Source of the DNA: Clostridia bacterium
Lineage (GTDB): Bacteria; Bacillota; Clostridia; HGM11514
DNA: 64,000 bases
Assembly (NCBI GenBank): GCA_045586685.1
Contig: JAZNAU010000038.1
Span: 32,001-96,000 of the forward strand
Direction of reading: 5' to 3'
The notes beneath the pieces are model-generated. The model made no database searches. It was not told the origin of the DNA and saw only the letters and a list, made by a program, of their open reading frames with translations. The translations under genes and the position numbers were made by a program. This document shows positions 51,859-62,012 of this stretch, piece by piece; position 1 is the stretch's first letter, and every line of letters begins with the position of its first letter.

Positions 51859-51902
51859 GACATTCGTACCGTAATCATAATAAACGGCAGAGGACTATCC
51901 GT
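51859..51902 (-). promoter_or_regulatory. L19 leader-like autoregulatory RNA
   Basis: GAUAGUCCUCUGCCG...CGGUACGAAUGUC stem with internal loop directly before the rplS RBS. Confidence 0.6.
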
Positions 51903-51969
51903 AATTCCGTACTATTATATCATAGATTTTTTGAAATTACAAGAGTTTTTTTAAATTTTTTCAAATTTT

Positions 51970-52698
51970 TTAAAAAATTCCTAATATTAGCTGATAAATC
52001 ACCGGCATCAGCAATGCAGGTAAAAAATTTCCGATTTTGACGGTCTTGCCAAACACCAAATTGATTCCGATTCCTACAATCAATACAGATCCCACCATAG
52101 AAACCTGGGAAATCATAATATCGGTAAGATAAGGCTCGATGACCACTGCAAAAGCAGTAATCAACCCTTGGTATAATGCCAACGGAAAAACCGAAAACAA
52201 AACTCCTATCCCCATGCTGGAAGCAAACACCATTGCCATCACTCCATCCAGAAGAGATTTCACATACAATATAGAGGGGTCGCCCGAAATTCCATCCTGT
52301 AAGGAGCCTACTATTGCCATAGCACCTACGCAAAAAATCAAGGTTACGGTGACCAAGCCCTCTGCAAAACGGGAATCCCCCTTTTGTTTGCACTTTTTCT
52401 TTAACACCTCTCCTACTTGTTCCAGCTTATCTTCAATATTCAACAATTCTCCTATCAACACACCAATGACCAACGACAACACAATTAAAAGTGTTCCGGA
52501 CGCTGTCACCCTTCCCTGCTCCACTGTCAACATTTCCTGCAGTGCTCCGGAAATACCAATCATCATGGTAGAAAGGCCGCAAGCCTTTGTCAAGCTTGTC
52601 TTCAATTTATCGGGAATTCCGCCTTGAATGGCAAGTCCCATACCTCCTCCAACCAACACTGCCAGCACATTAACTATTGTTCCTATTCCTCTTATCAT
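51970..52698 (-). CDS. DUF554 membrane protein
   Basis: GTIVN, FCVGAMAIVGSLQDG, KSLLDG and NFLPAL motifs. Confidence 0.88.
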   Translation of the reverse strand: MIRGIGTIVNVLAVLVGGGMGLAIQGGIPDKLKTSLTKACGLSTMMIGISGALQEMLTVEQGRVTASGTLLIVLSLVIGVLIGELLNIEDKLEQVGEVLKKKCKQKGDSRFAEGLVTVTLIFCVGAMAIVGSLQDGISGDPSILYVKSLLDGVMAMVFASSMGIGVLFSVFPLALYQGLITAFAVVIEPYLTDIMISQVSMVGSVLIVGIGINLVFGKTVKIGNFLPALLMPVIYQLILGIF

Positions 52699-52779
52699 TT
52701 TTTGTACTCCTGTTTCCTTTTATCATCAATTTCGTGTCAAATCTTTAACAAAAAACAGCCTATTCGGCTGCTTTTTTTA

Positions 52780-53709
52780 TTATTCATTTGCAATTAGTTC
52801 TTCTTTTAATGCAATGGGCGTATCCAAGGAAATTTCACCAAATGTCACACCGCCTGTTTTTCCTTCTACATTAAATTTTACTTGATCTATAACGGTAAAT
52901 TCTGACAAAGTTGCTACAATAGATTGAATTGCAAGCATGTTGGTTGTGTTTTCGTTCTGTCTGTTATCGATAAAAGCAGAATTCAAATCAACAGTATAAG
53001 TATTTCCCGTACTGGAAATATTCAACAGTTGTGTACCGGAGGGAATCACGTTTATTTTATTTGCATAATCCTCCGTGCCGTATAAAAGCTCATAAATCAT
53101 GGTTTTATCCAAATCGTCAATCATGGGAACAAGTCGATATTCTCCATGAAGCTTTTCGCCCTGTTTATCAGGATAAAACAGCTTCAAAACTTCCACATTC
53201 AAGTTTTCTTTTTCAGCATAATCAACCAAATGAACTTGATAGGGATACTGATAGAAGCCTTCAATAGGTTGTCCATCAGCAAGTAAGGTCATAGTTGCAA
53301 TTTTCTCGCCTTGAACCGATACCCCCTGTGCCAAAGAGATGGCACAAAGCTCATTGATGAACAAAAATGATTCCTGATCGATTTCTGCAATTTCTTTAGA
53401 AAAGTTAACCGATGCCGCACTTCCATCAACCGTTACAGAAAGCAACTCGGTATTTCTGGGAAACAAGTCTTTGTTGGCTTTCATCATTTGTTCCAAAACC
53501 AAAGTATTGATATCATCAGTTGCAGGAAACTCCCGAACCATACGGGAAATATAATCCCTATCATAATTCAAAGTATATACAAAAATACTGGAAGCAGTAG
53601 GCTGATGTTCTTCAACCTCTGCAGTTGCAGTGTTGGTACATCCTGTAATGTTTACCGTTAATACAAATATCATCAACAAACATATGCTAAAATCAATGAG
53701 TTTTTTCAT
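52780..53709 (-). CDS. Lipoprotein with two GerMN domains
   Basis: Lipobox ITGC; repeats FPRNTELLSV...VNFSKE and IPSGTQLLNI...VDLNSAF...SIVATL..F..I.QVKF.VEG. Confidence 0.8.
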   Translation of the reverse strand: MKKLIDFSICLLMIFVLTVNITGCTNTATAEVEEHQPTASSIFVYTLNYDRDYISRMVREFPATDDINTLVLEQMMKANKDLFPRNTELLSVTVDGSAASVNFSKEIAEIDQESFLFINELCAISLAQGVSVQGEKIATMTLLADGQPIEGFYQYPYQVHLVDYAEKENLNVEVLKLFYPDKQGEKLHGEYRLVPMIDDLDKTMIYELLYGTEDYANKINVIPSGTQLLNISSTGNTYTVDLNSAFIDNRQNENTTNMLAIQSIVATLSEFTVIDQVKFNVEGKTGGVTFGEISLDTPIALKEELIANE

Positions 53710-53744
53710 ATCAAAAGCTCCCATCCCAATCTTTATCCATATAA

Positions 53745-53790
53745 ATTATACACCATTTTTTCAATTTTGTAAAGTTACAATATAGTTACA
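53745..53790 (-). promoter_or_regulatory. Sigma-A promoter with adjacent perfect WalR-type box
   Basis: TGTAAC-N5-TGTAAC abutting TTTACA-17-TATAAT. Confidence 0.65.
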
Positions 53791-54659
53791 AATTTAAAAT
53801 ACTGTTCTGCTTTTTTTATATCCAATTTCACCTGATTTGTCAGTTCCTCAGAAGTCTCAAATTTTCGTTCCTCTCTTACAAACTTCAAAAACTGCACACA
53901 AGCTTGTTTTCGATATAAATCTCCCTGGAAATGTAATAAATGAGATTCAAGCTTCGGCTCATTTTTAAGAGAAAAAGTTGGCAAAACCCCAAAATTACTG
54001 ATTGCAGGAATCCATTCTTTTTCAATCAAAACCTTTGTAAAGTAAACTCCATGCCGCAAAGGCGGAAAATGACCGCTCATATTGGCAGTAGGAAACCCTA
54101 AACTTCTTCCTACTTGTCTGCCTGACTCGATTCTCCCCTCTATTTCCAAGGGATGCCCCAAACACTTTAATGCTTTATCGAGCTTTCCCTCCTCAAGCAA
54201 AGAACGAATCCGGCTGGAGCTGACTGTTTCCCCATCCAGACAGACAGAAGGAATGATTTCTGTCTGAAATTCAGCAAAAGCGGATAGAGTTTTCGCACTT
54301 CCGGCATGACAGTAGCCGAACCGATAGTTCTCCCCTGCTATCACATATCTTGCGTTTATTTTTTCAATTAAATATTCCTTTACAAACTGTTCGGGTAACA
54401 TGGTCCGCATTTTATTATCAAAGGGCAGAAAAAGCACCTCATCTACCCCATAGGACATACAAAGCTTTTCTTTTTGTCGATTATCTGTCAGCATAAGGGG
54501 TGGTTGACCAAACAAGGCTTTCGGATGTGTTTGAAAGGTCAACAATAGAATCGGTAATGAGGTTTCTGCTTTTATCTCTACTCCTCGGTGAAGCAACGTC
54601 TGATGCCCGATATGAACTCCGTCAAACATTCCCAAAACAGCAATACAACCGTTTTTCAT
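53775..54659 (-). CDS. ribF: Bifunctional riboflavin kinase / FAD synthetase
   Basis: GMFDGVHIGH, VSSSRIR, GFPTAN and ESHL motifs. Confidence 0.95.
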   Translation of the reverse strand: MKNGCIAVLGMFDGVHIGHQTLLHRGVEIKAETSLPILLLTFQTHPKALFGQPPLMLTDNRQKEKLCMSYGVDEVLFLPFDNKMRTMLPEQFVKEYLIEKINARYVIAGENYRFGYCHAGSAKTLSAFAEFQTEIIPSVCLDGETVSSSRIRSLLEEGKLDKALKCLGHPLEIEGRIESGRQVGRSLGFPTANMSGHFPPLRHGVYFTKVLIEKEWIPAISNFGVLPTFSLKNEPKLESHLLHFQGDLYRKQACVQFLKFVREERKFETSEELTNQVKLDIKKAEQYFKFVTIL

Positions 54660-55531
54660 TCTTCATCCTCTTCCAAAAACATGGTTTCAGGTTTTATATA
54701 ACAGCCATAGGGTCGTTTTTCTGCCACAGCTGTACACAAAAAGTTTCCCTGTTGGGAAAATACCTTAATCATTTCATTGTAAACAGCAGATTCATAAATC
54801 ACAGGAGCACCATTTCTGATTCGTTTCTCCTGCTCGTTATTTACAGTAACGGATGGATACGGAAAAACACTATGGGTTGGAATCAGTGAATAGTTCCCTT
54901 GTTCTAACTGTTCCATTGTTACAGCATCTTCTAACAAAAACCGACCTGAAGCGCAACGTTCCAAAGAATCCAGACAAGCACCGCATCCTAACGAAACGCC
55001 TATGTCATGAGCAAGAGAACGAATATATGTCCCCTTAGAACAATGCACTTCAACCTCTGCACGAGACCCATCAAAGGAAAGCAAATCTAGAGAATAAATC
55101 GTGATGACACGACCTTTTCTTTCCACCTCTATTCCTTGCCTTGCCATTTCATACAGTTTTTTTCCGTTTTGCTTTATGGCAGAAAACATGGGCGGAATCT
55201 GAACTTGTTCTCCTGTAAATTGGTGCAAAACTGTCTTTAACTCTTCTTCCGACAGCTTTGGTTCACATCTTTTGATTACAGTACCGTCCATATCATAACT
55301 GTCCGTTTCACAGCCCAGTAAAATTCCGGCACGATACCGCTTGTCCTTATTCAGCAAAAAGCCAGAAACCTTGGTAGCTTTTCCAACCAACACGACCAAA
55401 ACTCCGGTTGCCATAGGGTCCAATGTCCCGGCATGGCCAACCCGTTTCATGTGTAAAGCATGTCGTACCGCATAAATAATATCATGAGAGGTTTTTCCGC
55501 CTGGTTTATCAATCAATAAAATTCCGTTCAT
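54656..55531 (-). CDS. truB: tRNA pseudouridine(55) synthase
   Basis: GHAGTLDPMATGVL, PPMFSA and CSKGTYIRSL motifs. Confidence 0.97.
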   Translation of the reverse strand: MNGILLIDKPGGKTSHDIIYAVRHALHMKRVGHAGTLDPMATGVLVVLVGKATKVSGFLLNKDKRYRAGILLGCETDSYDMDGTVIKRCEPKLSEEELKTVLHQFTGEQVQIPPMFSAIKQNGKKLYEMARQGIEVERKGRVITIYSLDLLSFDGSRAEVEVHCSKGTYIRSLAHDIGVSLGCGACLDSLERCASGRFLLEDAVTMEQLEQGNYSLIPTHSVFPYPSVTVNNEQEKRIRNGAPVIYESAVYNEMIKVFSQQGNFLCTAVAEKRPYGCYIKPETMFLEEDEE

Positions 55532-56472
55532 AAATCCCCCAGCTGTCCCTTTATTTTCTCTACTAATTGGGCGATTGCCTCTTTTAACGGCTTTGATGTG
55601 GTATATCCGCTTGCTCTCAGATGACCGCCTCCCCCAAAGCTTTTTGCAATCTCCGAAACGTCTACCGCTTCATCCGACCTCAGGCTCACTTTAAAACTGC
55701 CTGCTTCACGTTCGTGAAAAAAAGCTCCCACATTTACGCCTGAAATAGATAACATGATAGAACCTCCTCCTTCTGTATCATCAGAGGTTAATTCTAATTC
55801 CTCAGAACGTTCCATAGTCAGATAGGTAATCCCAATCCTGTTCCCCGAGAACAACTGCATTTTATCCACACATTCTGCCTGAAACCGCAGACTTCCCATG
55901 GTTACTTGCTCATACAGTTTCCGATTGACTAACGCCGTATCCACGCCCATTTCCATCAATGCCGCCCCTATCCGCATGGTACGAGGGGTGGTATTACTGT
56001 AACGAAAGCTCCCGCTGTCCGTAGAAAGAGCTGTATAAATACAGGTTCCCATTTTACGGTTCATCACATTGGCCTCCGCAGCAAGCTGATAAACAAGCTC
56101 GGCTGTTGCCGCAGCCTTCACATCCACATAAGAAAGCTGACCGATGGGGTCATTGGTAATATGATGGTCAATACAAGCTGTTTTTCCGCAATACAGTATT
56201 TCACGGCTACCCAAACGCGTTAAATCACTGCAATCTACCGCAATCACCAAATCATATTCTTCAAATTTACCGTTAAAAACCTGATACTCCCCCTCTAAAT
56301 AATCAAAGCGGGAAAGGGGTTCTTCTTCTAATATGACATATGGTGTTTTGTTTAAAATTTTAATCAATTCTGCCAGTGCATAACAGGAACCTAAAGCATC
56401 CCCGTCAGCACGAAGATGAGGCAACAACGCAATCCGTTCTGCCTCCTTTATCCATGCAAGCAACTGTTTCAT
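55528..56472 (-). CDS. nrnA: DHH/DHHA1 oligoribonuclease / pAp phosphatase
   Basis: DGDALGS, IDHH, TDSGSF and GGGGH motifs. Confidence 0.9.
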   Translation of the reverse strand: MKQLLAWIKEAERIALLPHLRADGDALGSCYALAELIKILNKTPYVILEEEPLSRFDYLEGEYQVFNGKFEEYDLVIAVDCSDLTRLGSREILYCGKTACIDHHITNDPIGQLSYVDVKAAATAELVYQLAAEANVMNRKMGTCIYTALSTDSGSFRYSNTTPRTMRIGAALMEMGVDTALVNRKLYEQVTMGSLRFQAECVDKMQLFSGNRIGITYLTMERSEELELTSDDTEGGGSIMLSISGVNVGAFFHEREAGSFKVSLRSDEAVDVSEIAKSFGGGGHLRASGYTTSKPLKEAIAQLVEKIKGQLGDL

Positions 56473-56822
56473 GCCTCTTCGTCCCTTTTCACACGGTTAA
56501 TTAAATTACAAATTCTTGCGCCTTCGGAAATGGAATCATCCAGTTTGAAAAGCAATTCAGGTGTGGCACGAAGCTGTACCCTTCTTGCGATTTCCCGACG
56601 CAAAAAACCTTTAGAGCTTTCCAATCCCTTGATTGCATCTTGTTGCGCCTCTTCTGTTCCCAAAACGCTGATATTCACTTCCGCATAAGATAAATCCTTA
56701 CTGACCCGAACATTGGTAACACTTACCATAGAAGGAATTCTAGGGTCCTTGAGCATGGGAATCAGCATACTTAATTCCCGTCTGACCTCTTGAGAAATCC
56801 TGTCAATTCTGGCATAAGACAT
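56469..56822 (-). CDS. rbfA: Ribosome-binding factor A
   Basis: LKDPR, VSKDL, KGFLR and PELLFKLD motifs. Confidence 0.95.
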   Translation of the reverse strand: MSYARIDRISQEVRRELSMLIPMLKDPRIPSMVSVTNVRVSKDLSYAEVNISVLGTEEAQQDAIKGLESSKGFLRREIARRVQLRATPELLFKLDDSISEGARICNLINRVKRDEEA

Positions 56823-56890
56823 AACACATTCTGCCTTTCTCCCACATAAAAATTTGGCAGCTTATCGTGGGCAGATAAGCTGCCTGCCAA

Positions 56891-59161
56891 TTACTGTTCA
56901 ATCTGTTCCATCTCGAAACATTCGATAATGTCGCCTTCTTTAATATCATTAAAGTTTTCAATACCCATACCACATTCATAACCACTGGCAACTTCTTTTG
57001 CATCGTCCTTGAAACGTTTTAAAGAATCCAGTTTTCCTTCATGAATGATAATTCCGTCACGAACCACACGGACTTCGCAGTTACGGCTGATTTTTCCGTC
57101 CACTACATAGCTACCCGCAATGGTTCCCACACCACTTACTTTAAAGGTTTGTCTGACTTCTGCGTGACCCAGAACAACCTCACGGAACTTGGGATCCAGT
57201 AAACCTTTCATGGCAGCTTCCATTTCCTCAATGGCTTCATAAATAACACGATACATTCTCATATCAACACCGGTCATTTCTGCTGTTGCACGGGCAGAAG
57301 AATCGGGTCTTACGTTAAAGCCAACAATAATTGCATTGGAAGCCTGTGCCAAAATTACATCAGATTCGGTAATACCGCCCACACCGCCGTGAATGGTTTT
57401 TACTCTGACCTCTTCGTTAGACAATTTTTCCAAGGACTGCTTTACAGCTTCCAAAGAACCTGCTACATCCGCTTTTACAATAATATTGAGTTCCTTCATT
57501 TCCCCATCTTTGATACAATCAAACAGATTATCCAAGGAAATCTTTTGCTGAGCTGCAATTTTTTCATCTTTAATCTTTTGTTTTCTTGCCTCAACAACCG
57601 CTCTTGCCTTTCTTTCATCATCTACCGCATAGAAGATGTCCCCACCCTGAGGGGTTTCGGAAAGACCGGCGATTTCAACCGGCACAGACGGGCCTGCTTC
57701 TTCAATTCTCTTTCCCTTAAAGTCCAGCATCGCTCTGACACGGCCTACCGCAGTGCCGGCAACAATAATGTCACCGGAACGCAATGTTCCTTTTTGTACC
57801 AAAACAGTTGCAACAGAACCTCTGCCCTTATCCAGACGAGATTCGATAACCGTACCTTTAGCACGACGGTTGGGATTGGCTTTCAAATCCTTCATTTCGG
57901 CAACCAACAGCACCATTTCCAGCAAGTTGTCAATCCCCTCTTTTTTCTTCGCTGAAATGGGAACACAAATCGTATCTCCGCCCCATTCTTCAATTAGCAA
58001 ATCATGTTCGGTCAATTCCTGCTTGATACGATCAGGATTTGCCGTTTCTTTATCCATTTTATTGATAGCAACCACAATGGTAATTCCTGCCGCTTTCGCA
58101 TGGTTGATGGCTTCAATGGTCTGAGGCATCACACCGTCATCCGCCGCTACAACCAAAATAGCAACGTCTGTTACCTGAGCACCTCTGGCACGCATGGATG
58201 TAAAGGCTGCGTGACCGGGAGTATCCAAAAATGTAATGGGATGACCATTGATTTCTACGACAGATGCACCGATATGCTGGGTAATTCCACCCGCTTCCGT
58301 TGCAGTCACTTGGGTATCACGAATGGCATCCAGCAAGGATGTTTTACCATGGTCAACATGACCCATAACAACCACAACGGGGCTACGGGGCAACAGATCC
58401 TTTTCGTCATCTTCTGTATCTTGGAAAAGCAAATCCTCGTCCGTTACAATAATTTCCGGTTCTAAGGTTACATGAAATTCTTCTGCAATCAAAGATGCTG
58501 TGTCATAATCAATGATTTCGCTAACAGATGCCATAACACCGAGTAAAAACAGTTTTTTCACCACTTCCACCCCGGACACGCCAATCCGTTCTGCAAATTC
58601 ACCCACGCCTATGGTTTCGGGAATCGCCACCACCTTGGGTTCTTCCTTTTTAGGAGCCTTTTCCTTTACAGGCTGTTCCAATTCTTTTTTCATGGGTTGG
58701 TTTTTCTGTTGCTTATTTTTATTTCCTTTTTTAATTTTCTGTTTTGTAGGTGCCTGATCAATCAACTTATCATCCGATACCAGCTTTTCAATCTTTTCGG
58801 TGTCAAGACGCTCCAAATCAACATTGGAAGAACGGGTATCAACGTAACGAACCGTCTTTTCCTGTTTTTTCTCTTTTTGAGGTTTCGTATTTTCTATTGT
58901 TTCTTCCTTATTCTCTTTCTTCTCTTCCGTTTTTGATTCAGACTTAGTTTCTTCCGCTTCCTTGATTTTAAACACCTGACTTAAATCAGCGGTTTCGTTT
59001 TTCTGGGTATAGTAATCCAGAATCATATCCAATTCTTTTTCTTCTAAAATAGCCATGTGGTTTTTTAAGGTAATTCCAAACCCTTCCATTAAGGTAAGAA
59101 TTTCCTTACTGGGGACTCCAAACCCTTTACTGATTTCATGTACTCTTGGTCTTATTGCCAT
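56891..59161 (-). CDS. infB: Translation initiation factor IF-2
   Basis: [30 protein letters not shown] and GYECG motifs. Confidence 0.98.
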   Translation of the reverse strand: MAIRPRVHEISKGFGVPSKEILTLMEGFGITLKNHMAILEEKELDMILDYYTQKNETADLSQVFKIKEAEETKSESKTEEKKENKEETIENTKPQKEKKQEKTVRYVDTRSSNVDLERLDTEKIEKLVSDDKLIDQAPTKQKIKKGNKNKQQKNQPMKKELEQPVKEKAPKKEEPKVVAIPETIGVGEFAERIGVSGVEVVKKLFLLGVMASVSEIIDYDTASLIAEEFHVTLEPEIIVTDEDLLFQDTEDDEKDLLPRSPVVVVMGHVDHGKTSLLDAIRDTQVTATEAGGITQHIGASVVEINGHPITFLDTPGHAAFTSMRARGAQVTDVAILVVAADDGVMPQTIEAINHAKAAGITIVVAINKMDKETANPDRIKQELTEHDLLIEEWGGDTICVPISAKKKEGIDNLLEMVLLVAEMKDLKANPNRRAKGTVIESRLDKGRGSVATVLVQKGTLRSGDIIVAGTAVGRVRAMLDFKGKRIEEAGPSVPVEIAGLSETPQGGDIFYAVDDERKARAVVEARKQKIKDEKIAAQQKISLDNLFDCIKDGEMKELNIIVKADVAGSLEAVKQSLEKLSNEEVRVKTIHGGVGGITESDVILAQASNAIIVGFNVRPDSSARATAEMTGVDMRMYRVIYEAIEEMEAAMKGLLDPKFREVVLGHAEVRQTFKVSGVGTIAGSYVVDGKISRNCEVRVVRDGIIIHEGKLDSLKRFKDDAKEVASGYECGMGIENFNDIKEGDIIECFEMEQIEQ

Positions 59162-59167
59162 AAAACT

Positions 59168-59473
59168 TCACCCCCGCAATTTTTTATACACCAGTGCGGC
59201 AAATCCTTCGTCACACACCGCCAAAGCGGAAATCTGACGTTTCCCCACACTTTTTCCGATGGTTTCCCTCGTGCCCAATTCCTCACAGGGTATGCGATAA
59301 AATTGGCACTTGTTCCGATAGGCCTTTTTGGTTCCCTCAGAACAATCCTCTGCAAGAATAATCAAGGATATTGTTCCCTGTCTTGCCTGATGAGAAATAG
59401 GGTCAAAGCCCATCACTATTTTTTTTGCCCGATAGGCTAAGCCTAACACGGACAACACCTCATTCTGATTCAT
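59168..59473 (-). CDS. ylxQ: L7Ae/YlxQ family RNA-binding protein
   Basis: LGLAYRAKKIVMG motif; nusA-infB operon position. Confidence 0.88.
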   Translation of the reverse strand: MNQNEVLSVLGLAYRAKKIVMGFDPISHQARQGTISLIILAEDCSEGTKKAYRNKCQFYRIPCEELGTRETIGKSVGKRQISALAVCDEGFAALVYKKLRG

Positions 59474-59475
59474 TT

Positions 59476-59730
59476 TCAGATTTCACCTGCCAGTTTCTGA
59501 TACAATTCTTCAGACAGATTCATCGAAAAAGCTTTTTGCAGTCTACCGCCCCTTTGTGACTTTTGAAAGCAAGCAGTATCAGGACAAAGATATGCACCTC
59601 TCCCTGCCGCTTTTCCGGTACGGTCAATAAAAACATTTCCGTCCTTTTGGCAAACCACACGAATCAATTCCATCTTTGGTCTGTGCTGACCGCAGCCAAT
59701 ACACATCCGTTCCGGCTGACTCTTTTTCAT
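59476..59730 (-). CDS. rnpM: RNase P modulator RnpM (YlxR)
   Basis: PERMCIGC and GRGAYLC motifs. Confidence 0.9.
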   Translation of the reverse strand: MKKSQPERMCIGCGQHRPKMELIRVVCQKDGNVFIDRTGKAAGRGAYLCPDTACFQKSQRGGRLQKAFSMNLSEELYQKLAGEI

Positions 59731-59744
59731 TTACTCACCGCCCT

Positions 59745-60791
59745 TTAGCCTTGAGTTCCTTCCTCGTCGGGCTGACTCTGAATATCAATCTTCCAGCCTG
59801 TTAATTTTGCAGCCAGGCAAGCATTCTGACCTTTTTTCCCGATTGCCAGAGAAAGTTGAAATTCAGGAACCAAAACATGACAGGATTTTTCTTCCTCATT
59901 CACTTCTACAGAAATGACTTTAGCAGGATTCAGGCTTTCCTTAATGTACTCTACAGGATCATCACTGTACTTAATAATATCTATTTTTTCTCCTTTTAAT
60001 TCATCCATAACCGCCTGTACACGGGCACCGTGATTTCCCACACATGCACCGATAGGATCAACAGATTCATTAGAAGAACAGACTGCTATTTTGGTTCTGG
60101 AACCAGCATCACGGGAAATGCTCTTAATTTCTACAATTCCGTCACGAACTTCCGGCACTTCCGCCTCAAAAAGACGTTTTACAAGACCCGCTCTGGAACG
60201 GCTAACAACCACTCTGGGGCCTTTTGTGGTCTTTTTCACTTCTGCCACATACAGCTTAATCCGTTCACCGGGCTGATAGATTTCACCGGGCACCTGTTCA
60301 TCCGGTGTAATAACGGTTTCAAACTGATCGATTTCCACAATCACGTTTTTCTTTTCCGTTCTTCTTACCACACCGCTGACCAGTTCATGCTCAAGATGAG
60401 AAAATCTGGAATAAACCTGATCCCGTTCTGCTTCACGGATTCTCTGTACAACCACTTGTTTTGCTGTCTGTGCTGCAATTCTTCCGTAAGAGGCGGGAGT
60501 TGCATCATATTCTGCAATATCTCCAATCTCATATTTTTCGCTGTACTGTCTTGCTTCATCCAGAGAAATTTCAGTCTGTGGATTTTCAACTTCGTCCACA
60601 ACCTCTTTGCTTACCAGCAAACGATATGCACCTGTCTCTCTGTTGATTTCCGCACGAACCTGTTGATTTGCACCGTAATCCTTCTTAAATGCTGTGACCA
60701 AAGCTGCTTCAACCGCTTCCAAGAGAACATCCTTATCAATGTTTTTTTCCTTTGCGATTGCCTCTAAGGCCATAATAAATTCCGCGTTCAT
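59745..60791 (-). CDS. nusA: Transcription termination/antitermination factor NusA
   Basis: GRIAAQTAKQV, S1 and KH domains, AIGKKGQN. Confidence 0.97.
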   Translation of the reverse strand: MNAEFIMALEAIAKEKNIDKDVLLEAVEAALVTAFKKDYGANQQVRAEINRETGAYRLLVSKEVVDEVENPQTEISLDEARQYSEKYEIGDIAEYDATPASYGRIAAQTAKQVVVQRIREAERDQVYSRFSHLEHELVSGVVRRTEKKNVIVEIDQFETVITPDEQVPGEIYQPGERIKLYVAEVKKTTKGPRVVVSRSRAGLVKRLFEAEVPEVRDGIVEIKSISRDAGSRTKIAVCSSNESVDPIGACVGNHGARVQAVMDELKGEKIDIIKYSDDPVEYIKESLNPAKVISVEVNEEEKSCHVLVPEFQLSLAIGKKGQNACLAAKLTGWKIDIQSQPDEEGTQG

Positions 60792-60802
60792 TTTTATCCT
60801 CC

Positions 60803-61264
60803 TTATTCATCTTCCTGCCAGGCAAGGCGAACGTCTACTACCTTTGCTTTTTCCAGGGTTATTGTTGATTCATTGGTTTCAAGAACAATTGTTCCGTTTT
60901 GATACTCTTTTAAAATTCCTTCCAGCTGACGTTGTCCGTCAATCGCTGTAAATAACCGAACGGTTACCCTTTTTCCCAAATAATCCGAATAATGCTCAGG
61001 TCTTGTCAGTTTCCGATCGATTCCGGGAGAGGACACCTCAAGATAATAGCTTTGGGTGATGGGATCTTTTTCATCCAGCCAATCTGAAAGAGGACGGCTG
61101 ACACTTTCGCAATCATCCGTACTGACGCCCCCCGGCTTGTCAATGGTGACTCTTAAAAACCAGTTGGTGCCTTCCTTGACAAATTCTACATCGTACAAAG
61201 AACATCCTGCATGTTCAGCAATGGGCTTGGCAACCTCCCAAATCATGTTTTCAATTTTTGACAC
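60803..61264 (-). CDS. rimP: Ribosome maturation factor RimP
   Basis: DDCESVSR and YYLEVSSPGIDR motifs; GTG start at 61264. Confidence 0.95.
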   Translation of the reverse strand: MSKIENMIWEVAKPIAEHAGCSLYDVEFVKEGTNWFLRVTIDKPGGVSTDDCESVSRPLSDWLDEKDPITQSYYLEVSSPGIDRKLTRPEHYSDYLGKRVTVRLFTAIDGQRQLEGILKEYQNGTIVLETNESTITLEKAKVVDVRLAWQEDE

Positions 61265-61297
61265 AGTCTCACCTTCTTTTTCCCGATATAAATAAGA

Positions 61298-61321
61298 ATG
61301 AGTGGATTCACACCCACTCAT
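61298..61321 (-). promoter_or_regulatory. rimP leader hairpin (attenuator-like)
   Basis: ATGAGTGGG/TCCACTCAT stem followed by a U-rich tail just upstream of rimP. Confidence 0.6.
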
Positions 61322-61396
61322 TACGTTATCCTATCTTCTAAGTCTATCTTATTATACCACACTTTTACGAAAAATGCAAGCGTATTTTTAAAATTT

Positions 61397-62005
61397 TTAT
61401 TTTTCTTTTGATTCTTCCTGGGGAATGAGAAAGTATCCTTTTTTAATTCCGTCCTCAACCACAAACTCCACAAACTTCCAAAGCTCCGGTGCGGCATATT
61501 TGACAGGCTCCATCCGTTTATAAACCTGCTCCGGCTTTACATTTCCCCGACGCCAGGTATGTCCTTGTGTAAAATAGTTGTTGATTAAGGGCTGCAAACG
61601 GTCAATAGATGCTGCATAAAGAGCATCACGGGTTTCCATTGCATCAAATTCTTCCCAAAGGCTTCGAAGCTCCTGTCCCTGTTCTTCGGGGAGCAAGCCG
61701 AAAATTCGATCCGCCGCCTCTTTTTCTCTTTCTTCTTTATCTTCGTTCCCCTTTACATCATAGGCAAAAGTATCTCCTGCATACACTTCAACCAAATCAT
61801 GGACCAACGCCATTTTCAAAACACGGAACAAATCCACATCCTTGTCCCCATATTCTGCTAATATCATTGCGGTTACTGCAAAGTGCCAGGAATGCTCAGC
61901 ATCGTTTTCCCGACGGGAATAATCCACAAGCATAGTCTGACGGAGAACGTTTTTCATTCCGTCAATTTCTTTCAAAAAATGTAATTGCTTTTCAAATCGT
62001 TCCAT
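61397..62005 (-). CDS. HD-domain phosphohydrolase (HDDC2/YfbR-like)
   Basis: RENDAEHSWH, HDLVEVYAGD and DRLQP motifs. Confidence 0.88.
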   Translation of the reverse strand: MERFEKQLHFLKEIDGMKNVLRQTMLVDYSRRENDAEHSWHFAVTAMILAEYGDKDVDLFRVLKMALVHDLVEVYAGDTFAYDVKGNEDKEEREKEAADRIFGLLPEEQGQELRSLWEEFDAMETRDALYAASIDRLQPLINNYFTQGHTWRRGNVKPEQVYKRMEPVKYAAPELWKFVEFVVEDGIKKGYFLIPQEESKEK

Positions 62006-62012
62006 TCTTTTC

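Noticed and set aside
60030-60767. 245-aa antisense ORF in nusA, and similar ORFs in infB and gatD
   Set aside because: Antisense shadows of conserved genes with no recognisable protein features
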